From the NCBI GenBank assembly GCA_002104945.1, contig MCFH01000034.1, forward strand, positions 248,001-312,000: a stretch of DNA of 64,000 bases, given 5' to 3'. Shown in pieces: positions 26,401-40,119 of this stretch (position 1 is its first letter; the number at the start of each line of letters is the position of its first letter). Under the pieces are notes generated by a model, which saw only the letters and a program-made list of their open reading frames with translations, had not been told where the DNA came from and ran no database searches. Origin of the DNA: Piromyces finnis finn. Its lineage: Eukaryota > Fungi > Neocallimastigomycota. The translations under genes were made by a program, and so were the position numbers.

Positions 26401-26990
26401 TTTTTTTTTGATAAACTTTGAAAAAATGGACATTGTGGTTTTTACCTAATAAATTAAATGAAATAAAATAGTAAAACGAAAATAATTATTGGGTAGGATA
26501 ATAATGTAATACTATTCGTGAAACCCTTTCATAAAAATCATTAATGGTTATGCTTTCATTAACTAAATCACTGAACTTTATAACATTTAAAATATTTCTA
26601 TAGTTTTATCCATAAAATGGTATGTCAGGTGCTTTTAATTACATATTACATTAGGGTGACTTTCTATGGATGAAAAAATAAAGGCCTCAGATGGATTTTT
26701 ATGAAGTAGTTCATTTAAACACCTTTATTATGAAAAGTTCCGCCTTATTAGATTTTTGTCATTAAATTTTTCTACCAAGAAGGAAAAAGAATAAATAGTT
26801 TTTTTTTTTTTTTTTCTATTTATTTTCTCTGAAATAAAAGATAAAAAATAAAATATTTTATTCATTATAAATGAAAAAAAAAAAAAAGATCAGGAAATCT
26901 AATGAGCAAGTTTTTTTTAATTCAAAAGGTTAAAATTGAAAAACATTAGGAAGAATATATAAAAGATACATCATTTTAACACTACAATTT

Positions 26991-27021
<31 letters not shown>

Positions 27022-28287
27022 ATTAAATAGTACAAATACACCTACGAGGGGAATAAATTTTAAAAAAAAAAATTTTTTTTTTTCTTTTTTGTCATGAGTT
27101 TACTTACCTCCAAATTAATAAATGAAAAGTGTTTATACTAAAAAAAAAAAAACTAATAAATAAAAAAGTAAAAAAACCATCATTATTATTCAAAACACTT
27201 TTTTTTTTTTTTTTGATGATGATATCCAAAATTTTTTTATGTCTTTCCTTTCCTCCTAAACTAGAATTTCTCTATTAGCGTCGGAATCAAATAATGAAAC
27301 AAAAAATAGGAAATTATATATATAAAATAAAAAAGATGATATTTTTTTTATGCTCATGCATAAATAAAAATTAAAAAATATTATTGTGGATATATATATA
27401 TACATATTTTGACTAGAAAGAGAATACACTTTTTGTATTTATTTATTTAATTTGTGATATTACATAATATTAGGTGATAATACATATTGATATAATAATA
27501 AATAAAAATAATAATAATAATATATATATATAAATATAAAATAAAATTAAAGTTGCATTAAAGTACAATAAACTCTGCAATTCGTACTGTGTATATGAAA
27601 TAAAAAAGAAAAGTAACATCAAGTGTGATGCCCACTAAACTCTTCTTCCATGAACTCATACTGTTGTCATTCGAAGAAATACTAACAATGAACCCTATGT
27701 ACAGAACATTAAGAATGTTCCTACTATAGTTGTATTTTGAAAGTTGTTTTAAATCCAATGCATTTATTGAGTGCAGTTTAGTAATATTTTTAATTATGTC
27801 TAATTATACTCAAACATATTTAATTCTATTATTTCACAATATAAAAAATTGAAAATAATAAAATTATAACAACAAAAAATAATAAAATAAAAAAAGCATT
27901 TTATTAACAAATATATTTTTTATAATCTTTATTTTTTATTAAATAAATTTATTATATTATTTGTTTTTAATTTAAAAAAAGAAAGAGATAAATATATATA
28001 TATATTTATTATATCGGTAAAAGCTTTCTAAAAAAAAAAAAAAAAAAGTGAGATAAAATACATATTATTATTATTATTATAATTATTATTATTAATTTTT
28101 TTCTTTTTTTTTTTTTTTTTTTTTTGAAAAAAAATTATATATATATATTTTCAAATTATTTTATATCTAAAAAGTCAATATTTGATTTTTTTTAAAGATA
28201 ATTTTTAAGGAATTTTTATGAAAATTTTTGATTTTTTTGATTTTTTTTTCTTGGGATATTATTGAAAGAAATTTTCACATCTATTAA

Positions 28288-30089
28288 TTACATAATACCC
28301 TATAAATAGTTATTATGATAAATAATGAAATAAAATGATCATTAATGTTTATTATATTTACATTATATGATGGTAAGATTCAATATTTTTTTAATACTTA
28401 CAGAATCTTTTAAGGCATTTTGAAGAATAGTAACTTTCACTGCAGCAAATACTAGAAGAATCTATAATAATTATAAAAAGAAAGAGTTAATAATTTATCT
28501 AATGAAATTATTTATCTTATTGTTAATAAAATTAACATTAACTTACATTTGATGTATCTGTTGCTTGTGTTAAACTATTTTTTAACATATTTAAAATATT
28601 TTTTTTAAATTTAATAATCTTTTAATTTTTTATTTTATAATTAGTTATTTATATATAAATTCTTTTGCTTACTGTGGATATATATTTAATTTGGCTCTAT
28701 TGGTTTGGGTGAACCTCCATAAAATAAACTTTGCAGCTTTATTTAAATCTGGACCACCAGTATATTCAGGGAAAAATCTTTCTAAAGGCTATTTATTTTA
28801 ATTGTATATCAATTATTTTAATTTATTAATTTTCTCTATTTATTTAAATAATTATTACTTTTCTCTTTTTGTGAAATAAATACTTACTACTTTTTGTAAT
28901 TTTATTTTGAATAAATCAATTTTATTTAAGAATAGTATAATTGATGTGCGTATAAACCAACGACTATTAATAACAGATTCAAATAATGTTAAACTTTCTG
29001 CCATTCTATTTTGACTTGCTTCTTCTAAAAGAATTTGGTCATATTCACTTAATGCAACACAGAAAATAATGGATGTTACAGCTTCAAAACAGCTATATAA
29101 TAAATAAATTCATTTTAATATATAAAAGTAAGATTTTATGAATTTTTTTTTTTTGTTAAAAAATGATTTTTTTACTTACTGAATCCATTTTCTTCTTTCG
29201 GATCTTTGACCACCTACATCAAACATACTTTATATGATAACATTAGAATTTTATAAATTTTACTTTTTTAAATTATCAATATTGTAATATTTACTGTATG
29301 CTTAATTGTCCCATATTAAATCTAGTTTCTGATATACCAGTAGTTTTTGTACGAGCTCTAAGTACATCTTGTTCCTTTGGAATATAATCTGGTGCCCCTA
29401 TTCTTCTTACATTTGAAAAGAAGCTATAAATATAACATTAGCATCATATTAATGAACTATTTTTTATTTTAATTTCTGTTTAAAAACTTACTATGGTGCT
29501 GAATCCATTAGATAGTATTGTTGAGGATTATTCATACATAAATCCATAATAGTAGGAATCTGTTCATCATTCCATATTAAATCTATATTTTTAGCCATAT
29601 CTTCTGACATATGAAAAGTATGATCATTTTCTGGTTTATTATTTCGTAGATGTTCAGCTAACATCTATATATATTTTTAAATTTTTTTATTTTTAAAAAA
29701 AGGAATTATTATTTTAATTTATAAAAAACTAATAATAATAAAAAAAAACATCACTATTTATAAATATTTAAATTATAATATTCTACCTCAACTTCAGGAT
29801 CATTGAATTGTATACCCATACGCTTGACATAGAATAAAAGTGTATAGAAACTATCAATGGTATTTTTTACAATTGTTGGTTTAAAACCTTCCAATTCTTG
29901 CCGAGTATAGCCATTTTGATGTATAATTTTCATTTGCTTTACAATCGTAGATTTACCAGATTCACCAGCACCTAAAAGAAGAATTTTACATTCTTTCTTT
30001 AACTTTTTACTATCATCCTCAATCATCTTATCTATAACTGTTGATCTTAGACGAAGCTCACGCTCGTCACTTGACATACACAATCCCAT
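28288..30089 (-). CDS. GPA2: Heterotrimeric G-protein alpha subunit, fungal group III (Gpa2/GNA-3 type); 9 exons
   Basis: MGLCMS N-terminus, [55 protein letters not shown]-terminus ALKDSGIM*. Exons 30089-29787, 29664-29492, 29423-29295, 29227-29180, ~29092-28888, ~28789-28673, ~28574-28547, 28461-28402 and 28299-28288, all GT-AG. Confidence 0.95.
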
Positions 30090-33000
30090 TTTTATTTATT
30101 TATATATATTCTATAAATTATATAAATGTTATTATTTATGAACAAAATTACACAAGATAGTTTTTGTTGATATTAAAACTAAAAATTATATATATTATTT
30201 AGAGTTAATTGATTTAAGTTGGCAAAAATTTAATAGTTTAATACTTTTATACTTGTATAAGATTCTTAAAAAATTAAATATTTATAAAAAAATCACTATT
30301 ATAATTCTAATAATTATTGATATTAATAAAAAAATAAACTAATATATATATTGACTATAAATTTTCTTCCTTTTGTTAAAGAAACTATTTAATTATAAAA
30401 TTACGTATTCTTTTCTTTTTTTAAATAAATTTTTAACAATATATTATTAAAAAATCTTAAAAAGTGAAAAGAATTTATTGGATCTACTTGTTGTAAATTT
30501 AAACTTCTAAATTAACAAATAAAAGAATATGCTCAATTTCTTTTTGACTTTTTGATATTAAATTAATTTGGATAAAATTTTTTATAAAAAATATATTATA
30601 TTAATTGGTATTTTTGTGGGTAACTTTTTTTTATAATGTTTTTGCTTTAATGAAAATTATCAAAGTAGTAAAAAATAATTATTTTTACTTAAACTATTAA
30701 ACATAAAATATTTGAATTATTTCAAATAATCAATTATGTTTTTCTTTCTTTCTTTAAAAAAATTAAATTAGTTTTATTTGTCGGTAAGTGATTCAAAAAT
30801 TGAATGAATAAAATTGAGTTTTTTACGCAATACTTTTAAAATATCTGATCTGATTTTGTTGATATCCAAAAGTAAAATGCTCTATTATTAAAAAAATCAA
30901 TTTCTTACTTGTGAAATAAAACAATAGCTTTTTAAAAGAAATATGTTTTTTTAGTAGTATTGCCTTAATCTTTAAAAAAAAGAAAATGGTGAATTTATTT
31001 ATGATTATGAGCTATTTTCCTTTTTTTTTTTTGATTGTATTTTTGATTTTTTTTTATTCAATTGTTATTACTTTTAAGAAAATAAGATGCTTTATTTGGT
31101 TCTTGTATCCATAGCAATCATTGACTTTATATATTAATAAATATTAAAATAAATAAAAGGTTAATATGAACATCTATATATTTAAATGAATACTATTATT
31201 TAACTAAAAATTGACTATAAAAATCTCCCTATTTTTTAAAATATTATTTTGCATTTATTTTCAATTTTTCAATAATAAACTGTCTATTTATTTCGAAGTA
31301 TTTTTTTTTAATTTTTTGTATTACTAGTTTTTTATTTAATCGAATATTTTATAATATATTTTTTACATTTTCAACTATTATATTCTTTCCAATATTGTAT
31401 TGCTAAAATTACTTGATAAGAACTATTAAATATGAATATTGTTTATTTAAAGTTGTTTTTTTTTGAATTGTTATTCGCTTATATAAATAATAAAATAATT
31501 CCTTTTTTTTTCTTATTTTTTAAAAATTTTGAGTTTTTTTTGTTTTATTTATTCCTTTTGTGTATATATTATACATATTGGTTTTTATCTGAATTTAAAT
31601 GATTTTAACTATCAATTCAGTAAATAAACTCTTCAAATAAAAATCATCTTTATTTTTTAAATACTATTGACTGTTTCATCTAAAACAAATATTCCAAATT
31701 GTATTATATTATATTTTACTTTTATTTCTTAAAAATATTTTTGGGAGTATATGTATTATTTTTTTAATTAATATTTGTAATTATTGATAAAAAATCAAAA
31801 GAAATTTACTTTTAATGTTTTTTTTTTCTTAATTTTTGAATTTAATTATATTTTTTGTTTATTTTGAGATTATTGTTTTATTGTTACTATTATACTTGTT
31901 TATTATTAATCCGTTATTTTTATTTACTGTTTTTTTATTTATTTATTATTTTATTTATTGACCTTTATTATTTTATGAATCTTCTCTTCGATCTACTTTA
32001 TTAAAATATAATCTAATCTCAAACTTTTTTTATTTGTTTTTTTTTTAAAAAAATAAAAAAAAATAAAAATAAAATTTATTATATAAAAGATTTTTTTTAT
32101 AATTGTAATATAAATTTTTTAAAAAAAAAATACAAACATTTCTATACCATAATACTTATTAATAAATTCTAATTTATAATAAATTTTAATTTCATTCATT
32201 ATTTATATTATATAAAAAAATTTACATTACATTTTTAATATAAACCTTCCTTTTCCATCGAATAATTCCAATTTTATGTTAATATAAATAATAATTATTT
32301 ATAAAAAAGATAAATGTATCATAAGGAATGCACTATCGTTTCCTCATTCAAATTTCATATGCTCTACCTATTTTTTTTTATATTTTTTTTTTTACTTTAT
32401 TAAATTGAATTAAAAATGACACTAATATTATTTTTTAATATTTAGGAAATGTACAAAAAAATAAGACTATTTTTTTTTTCTTTTGGACTTTTCAAATGAT
32501 GGAAAAAGAAAAAAAGAAACTTTTACCATTTATTATGAAATAGAGTTTAAATTTGAGTATGAATATAATTATAATAAATAACGTTTGACGATGAACAATT
32601 CCAAATGTAATTCTAAATAAAATTAAAAATTAATTATATACTCTATAAAAAAGTTAAGTATCATAGATGAAATGGTAGAAAATATAATATATGATGACTA
32701 TATTTACTATATAATAAAACAATTCAATTTTATTTATTTAATTAATTTATATTATTGTAATTAAAATAAAAAATTAAATAATAATTAAATATAAACCTAA
32801 ACGAATAATAAATGTTACCATCTAAAAAGTAACACTATATTAATAATTAAATATAATTAATATATATTAGAGAAATTAAATATTTAATATATCAGAGTAT
32901 AAATATATAAATTATGGTATATTTTATATATATTTGAAGAATTTAAATTATAATATATAAACATATATAATAAATATATAGTAAATATAATTAATTATAT

Positions 33001-33676
33001 ATATAATATTTAATCAATAATATATTATAAAAATATTAGTTAATAAAGTTTATCCAATGTAATATTAAATTTAACTAAAATTAATATTAAAAAAAAGTAG
33101 AGAATAGTAATGAAATATATTATTTAATCAATTTCCATTTATTTTTTAATATATGACAATATAGATATTTATATTTAGAATATCAAATTGAATATATTAA
33201 ATTTAACTTTGGTTGTATATTAATGTTTGAATTTTAATAGTTAAACTAATATACTATAGTTTTATTTTTGGTATTTTAATTAAATATAAATATAATTAAA
33301 TGAAATGAATCAATAAATTAAAAATTTAAACAATCTTCTATATATTACAATATAATATATTATATAATTATATTTAACTAAAAATATTTAATATTATTCT
33401 TTATAAACAAATAGAACGATATAAAAGAAATATATGAAATGGTTGATGCTATTATATCTATATTCTATATTAAATATATTATAAAAAAAAGTTACAATAT
33501 TATAGTATAGTTAAACTATTTTTTTTTTTTCATTGGATCGTCATTTATAGATTATGATACACAAAATATTCCACCACATCATAAAGTTTGGTTATATTCT
33601 GGTTAATCTTTTTCAATTCTAAGCCATGTTTAGGTATTTTTAATTTATTCCATTTGTTGTTGTAGAAACAGGAAAC

Positions 33677-33739
33677 TTGTACTATTTACACAATGAATTA
33701 TAAAAGACTTTTTGATAATTCATTGTGTAAATAGTACAA
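33677..33739. repeat. Perfect 25-bp inverted repeat with 13-nt spacer
   Basis: TTGTACTATTTACACAATGAATTAT (33677-33701) and its exact reverse complement (33715-33739). Confidence 0.95.
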
Positions 33740-35169
33740 TTACAAGGTATTTTCAAGTATGTTAAACATTTTAAAAAATAAATGTTTATTGATGGAATTC
33801 AATTAAATGTTATAAATTAATTATTAAAAAATGTTTAATAAATTAAGAATAATAGAGGATAACTGGTGTAATGATGTTATGAATGTGATATTATTGATTA
33901 ATAAAAAAAAATAAAATTTCAAATGCAAATTAAATTTAAGAAAAATCAATCAATTCGGCTATTTGAAAGCTAAGTCATTATTAATTTTTAAACTATTTTA
34001 AATATTACAATTTTTTAATTGGTGCTTTTGCCACTTATATAAAGTTTACAAATAAATTAAAAAAAAAAAAAAAGAAACAACAAAAAAAATAACCATCATT
34101 TTTTTTTTTTTACTACACTGCTTCAATCAAAAAAGCAATCAATTTTAGGCATTTCAAAGACAAGAAGCTTCATGAAATTTTTGTATTGCAGATTTTTTTT
34201 TTTTTTTTTAAAAAATTATACCAAAATAAACAAGGTTGAAAAACTTTTAGCCGTAAGCAATAAAAAATAATATAAATAATATAATGCTATATATAATATT
34301 TATAAATAAATATATTAAATCTTTTAATAATTTATATACTATTCAATATAAAAATGTTTATTTCAAAAAAAAAAAATAAATTAAAAAAAATTTATTAAGA
34401 AGTGAATGTTTTTTACAATTTATTACAACATATTTCAATATATATTATAAATATATTGTAATTTATAATTATTATTTATTATTATATATAATTATTATTA
34501 GAAAAAGATATAGAAAAATAATTCATTTTTTAATTTATCCATAATTAATACTAATTAATTTATTTATATATAAACTATGAAAATTTATATTGTTAAATAT
34601 TAAAAGTTTTAAATAGTCTAAATATATCAATTAATATAGTTTTAAAATAGATTTATATTACTAAATAATATTATGATGATATATAATATGATGTTTATAC
34701 TATATTACAATATAATAAAAATGTAATCCATAACATAGTAAAAAGTGGAAAATTTTTTATGAAACAAAAAGTTTTAAATTTCATTATGGTATATACTCTC
34801 TTTTTTATTACCTATGGACCACAATGAACTTTTTTTTTTTTTTTTGAAATAGTTTACCTATTTTACATTTCTCTTTGATGTCTTTCTACAATACTAATAG
34901 ATAGTAGGCAAGAAATTTCAAAATGTATTTATAAAATGTAGATAATTAAAGCGATGTTTAAATATAATAAATTTATTTTATCTATACCTCTGTGAATTTT
35001 GTAAAAATCAAATTATTTTTTAAGGAAAGCATACTAGATTGAATTCATTATAGTAATTTAAAGAAACTTTCCTTTAATTATAGGTATCCTTTGAGAGTTT
35101 ATATAAATAAAAAAAAAACATTTACTAAATAAAGGATACTTTTTTTTTTTATGAATTAACTATCTTTTA

Positions 35170-35297
35170 TGAGATTTATTAATAAAAATGAGTTATTTAT
35201 AATTATTGTTTTGTGTGACGATATATTTCTAAAAATGTTACATTTCGTTTTCATTATATTAAAATTATTATTAAAATTATTATTATTATTATTATTA

Positions 35298-35343
<46 letters not shown>

Positions 35344-35372
35344 TAATTATTATTATTTTTTTTATTATTCTA

Positions 35373-35445
<73 letters not shown>

Positions 35446-35455
35446 ATTATAAATA
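35170..35455. repeat. (ATT/TAT)n microsatellite array
   Basis: Long imperfect ATT run; it produces the spurious poly-Ile ORF 35169-35462. Confidence 0.9.
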
Positions 35456-35788
35456 TTTATAGTTTTTTTTAAAGCTCCTTTTTTTTTGAGTTTTCATTAT
35501 TGATACTTTAATTATTGAATGCTTAGCAATTAATTTTAATTCAAGAATGTTTATAATAAAAGATTTATTTTGAAAAATTATAAAATAATATTCTATGTAG
35601 TTTTATATTTATTAAAACTCTTTTTTTTTTTTTTAATTCTGTTACAATTAATTAATACTATGAAAAGACAAATGCTTTTTTTGATATGACACACATATGA
35701 AAGAGAATAAAAGCAATGAGAAAGTTATTAAAGAATATTAATATTTTATCAATAAATAACCAGTTACTCTTTTTTTTTTAAACTTTGA

Positions 35789-36358
35789 AAGCATATTCTT
35801 TTTTTTTTTTTAACTTCCGAGTGCATTTCTCCCATCGATCAGAGTTAGCTCCAATGGTGGTTCTTAGAGAAACGTTGGCTCATTCCTATTGCTAGGTGGT
35901 TGTGACCCTCCTGGTCTGTCATACTGTTTCTTCAGCTTCGACGCTCACTTAATCCATGTACATTAGATACATGTCGTTGTACGATATTTCACAACTACAA
36001 TGCTAAGCCTCTTATAGTCAATTTGATCACGTGTCAACCGCCCCCTAATGTTTACACTTAAATTGATTAAGGAATATTATGTGTTTTTGGCATAGCCTAA
36101 GTCACCACTTATTAAGTTCTAATTTGGAATGTACCATGTACACTAGACCCTCTCAGGCCGGCTAGACGAGTGTTATTATCATAGTAGTAAATTAGAAAGT
36201 TCATTTATACTTACCTGAATATCATAACCCAACCCATGGCAAACCCAGTGGGAAAATCCACAGGCACTGACATCTGCGGGGTCGAACCAGAAGCCTTATG
36301 TATGCTAAGGAAACGCCTTAACAACCAGGATAAAAACTGGAACGACAAGCATATTCTT
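35789..36358 (-). mobile_element. Candidate tRNA-derived SINE with poly(A) tail and 12-bp target-site duplication
   Basis: Direct repeat AAGCATATTCTT at 35789-35800 and 36347-36358; T13 at 35799-35811 (A tail on the minus strand); GC-rich body 35812-36346. The 5' head has a Pol III B-box GGTTCGACCCC (36288-36278), a tRNA-Ala(AGC)-like loop TTAGCAT (36308-36302) and a GTTAAGGCG D-loop-like segment. Confidence 0.8.
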
Positions 36359-39300
36359 AGGCTTACCATTAAATATTATTAGATTCTTAAATATAAAATA
36401 TCTTTTTATTTATCTGAAACTTTTATTTTTTGAAATTGTTCATTATTTTATTTTATAATTTAACCTTAACCATAAATATTATTATTTTTATAAATAAAAA
36501 AGGAGACAAAGTTAAAATATTAATCAATAAGGTTTAAATTTATATTAATTTTTAATGTATATAAATGTAAATAAATTATGAAATTTTATGTAATTGTATA
36601 TAAATACTAATTTTTTTTTAATAATACTATTAGAGGCATATAGGAAGGATAATATTATGGTTAATTTCTTGGTAATATCTTAATAGTTACTCTATTATTA
36701 TTATTATATTATTATTAATTATTATTATTATTATTATTATTATTAATAATAATAATAATGTGGTGGTGTATATTTCATTACATTAAAATAATTAATCATC
36801 ATTCGTCTTTATTATATTTATGAAAATTAATAAAAATTTGAACTTTAGGATTGTTGTTACTCTATTTTATAATAAATATATATAATTAACTTTTATTGTT
36901 ACTATACCACTCTTTAACTCTATTCAATTCTTTTTTTATTTTATTATTTATAATTCATTTGAAATAATAAAAGGATGAAATTAAATTGATTGAATTTAAT
37001 ATACTATTAAATAATAATAATAATAATAATAATAAAAAGTGGTTGTTAAAATCATTTATACTCCCATAAAAAACCAATAAACCCTTTTTTTTTAAAAAAA
37101 AAAAAAACTATAAAATTATTATAGTTTATATACTTTGAATAAAAGAAATAAAAAAGTTGGATTTTTTTCTTTATAATACATAATGATATTCAAAAAAAAA
37201 AAATTCTAATTCCATTAATTTTATTGATTTTAAGTATGATTCTGGTCTATTGCTATTTAAAATTAAAACTTTATCACTTTTTTTTAAATGATTTTTTCTG
37301 ACAATTAATTTGTTGAGATTATCACTTCTTATTATTATAAAAAAAGTTTATATAAATTATTATCACTATAATTTTTATTGTTGTGCCGTTATTATTATTT
37401 TTTAATTAATCCTCTTGGATAATAATTAAAAATTCTCATACTAAAAAAAAAAACTAAATATTTTTTAATTATTGTTACTTTAAACAATTATAAGAAAAAA
37501 TAATAAACGGGAGGACTAACGAATAAAAGTAGTATTGAGGAGGAATTTTGAAGGGAAACTACAAAATAATATATAAATTAATATATTGTTGTTTAGGCAA
37601 AAAAATAAAACCACTGAAAGAAATTGTATTTTATTTATTTAATGAATAAATAAATAAATAAAAATATAAACTATAGAATATTAAGTGTCCCAAAGTTAAA
37701 GTATTTATAAAATATATAATTATTTTTATTGAGCTATAAATTTTAATTATTATTTCTTTTTTTTCTATATTTTATTATACTTTATTTTTTAGTTAATTAT
37801 GGGAGAAATAATTTAAAAAAAAGTTAAAAAATTTCAAAGCCATTTCCTATTATATTATAATAATAAATGATAAATTAAAAAAAATAAACTTTACTTTTTT
37901 ATGAATTTTTAAAGTTTTGTTTTTAAAACTATCTCGGTAGTGAAGTAGAAGTAAGGATTTCATTTATGATTTAAATGTTATAAAAACTAATATTTACACC
38001 ATAAATAAAGTTTTTTTATTATTTAATTATTACAAGTCTTTGGTAGGATGGATAATAAAGAATTGATTTTACTTTTTTTTTTATAAAGGAATAATTTATA
38101 TTTTTGTTGTTGTTATCTACCAATAAATTCTAAACTATTTTATTATTATTAATTCTATTGATTTATTTTTTAAAATGTTTTAATAATAAAAAATTTAATA
38201 TATTTAATGTTACACTAATATTTTCTAATAGAGTTTCACATATAGTTCAAGTCAATTGATTAATATATATTTTAATTACTCAAATGTTTTAAGATTTAAT
38301 TGATTTTCATTTATCAAAAGAATTTTTAATTTCACATCATTTTTTAATTATAAAAAACCAAACCCTTAGATTTGATAAAAAAAAAAAAAACATGAATCAA
38401 TTTCATATGAATAATTGCTATTATTAGTATAATGAATGAATGAATGAATGATGAATGACTAAGAAAATGCAGGTTAATAAATAAAGGCATAAATAATAGA
38501 AACAAAAAAAAAAAACTTTGTAAATAAAAGATTTATTTAAAGGTCTTTCAACTATGTTTTATGCTAAATTATATTACTTCAAAAAATATTTTTTGTTTGT
38601 TGTCAATAGTTTTGTAAACATGTTTATTTTATAAGCATTAATTCATATGAATAGACATTATATAAAAAAAAAGTACAATATTGTTTTCTGTTGATTAAAG
38701 AAAAATAAAAATACTAATTAGAGTTATTATTTTTATTGTGAAAACTCTTTTTTCTATTATTATTACTATTTAATATTTCAAGCTTAAAATTAATACTATT
38801 AGCCATTTTATTGCTGTTGATTTTTCTTTTTAATTTAAATTGAAAAATGAACATTTTCTATTTTTTTAAAAAAAAAAGATAAATGAAAATAAATGCATAC
38901 ACCGCAACCCGTTGAATTAAAATGCTGTTTTACCATATGGAATAATTTTTCCTACTTGTAAAAAAATCATTATCCATCCATATATATATATAACTATATT
39001 TTAGTAAATAATGAAATATAGATATAGGATTCAATATTATTATTATATATTTATATTATCTTTTTTTTTTTTTTATTTACCATAGAATAGCCATGAAATA
39101 ATGATTACTCATTGTCTGTTATTCAAGGTTGAATCACTAAATATATAATCTTTTGTATTTTCTATTTGTGATTATTGGCTTTTTTTGTATTATTAAAGTT
39201 TTTAAACTTTTTAATATAACCAAATATGTGTAATTTGTACTTTTTTTTTGTTTCCATTTTGCATTAATTTCTTTATCAAAAGATTTAGAGGAAAATAATT

Positions 39301-39613
39301 TTAAAAGTTTAATTATTATTATTTTTGTAATATCCAATCATATTATTTATTAATATTCTATTATGAATTTAATCTATTTTTTATTAAAATAGATTTTCAG
39401 AAAATAAATAAAATTGTGAAAGTTTAATAAATAACAAAAATGGATGAAAATACTAATGTAATACAAAATGTAAAAAAATGTAATTAATCCATTTTAATAT
39501 AATTAATTAATCTATTTTAAAATTAATTACTTTTTTAAATGTTTAAAAAAAAAAATAGGGATGCGATTCATATAGATAACTTGAAAAAAGCAAAACATTT
39601 TCATTATTATTAC

Positions 39614-40073
39614 CTTTTTGTTGTTCTCATTGGTAATTATTCTTCGCTTAAAGGTCCAAGGAAATTACTAGTGTTGATCGCTCGGCTTGGGAAAGAGGAT
39701 CGTTAAGAGCAAGAGGCCATTCCATATTAACCATGTCCGGAGGAGTGATTATGCCAAAGTCCTACTGATATGGCAATGCACAATAATGTACAATCACTCA
39801 CTATATATATACCTCATGGAGTTAGTTGAAGATATATAGAATGTCTAAAAAAAAATTATTAGCTTTTTTTTTTAATGTATTTTTATTTATGATACTCTTT
39901 TTTTTAAATATTTAAATATATAAAAAATATTAAAAAAATTTAAAACTTTATGTAAATTTAATAGTATTTTTTTATTTTTACTTGTTTTTTATAACTAGTT
40001 ATTACTTATTATTTATTCTTGTAGATATAGTATTAAATTTTTAAATAATTTTTTATCTTTAGTACATTTACTC

Positions 40074-40119
<46 letters not shown>

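Noticed and set aside
27558-27758. 66-aa ORF and small hairpin GAACATT-aag-AATGTTC in a slightly GC-raised patch
   Set aside because: No recognisable homology or splice structure; at most an unidentifiable repeat remnant.
35812-36000. Hammerhead ribozyme in the SINE (CTGAAGA on the minus strand)
   Set aside because: No suitably placed stem II/GAAA/stem III to complete the core.
36268-36346. Functional tRNA gene
   Set aside because: The anticodon stem does not pair, the D-arm is disrupted by a T5 run, and the acceptor and T stems are imperfect; it is an element head rather than a tRNA.
36207-36350. Plus-strand ATACTTACCTG as the start of a U1 snRNA gene
   Set aside because: No U1-70K loop, U1A loop or Sm site follows. 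It is better read as a minus-strand splice donor within the SINE.
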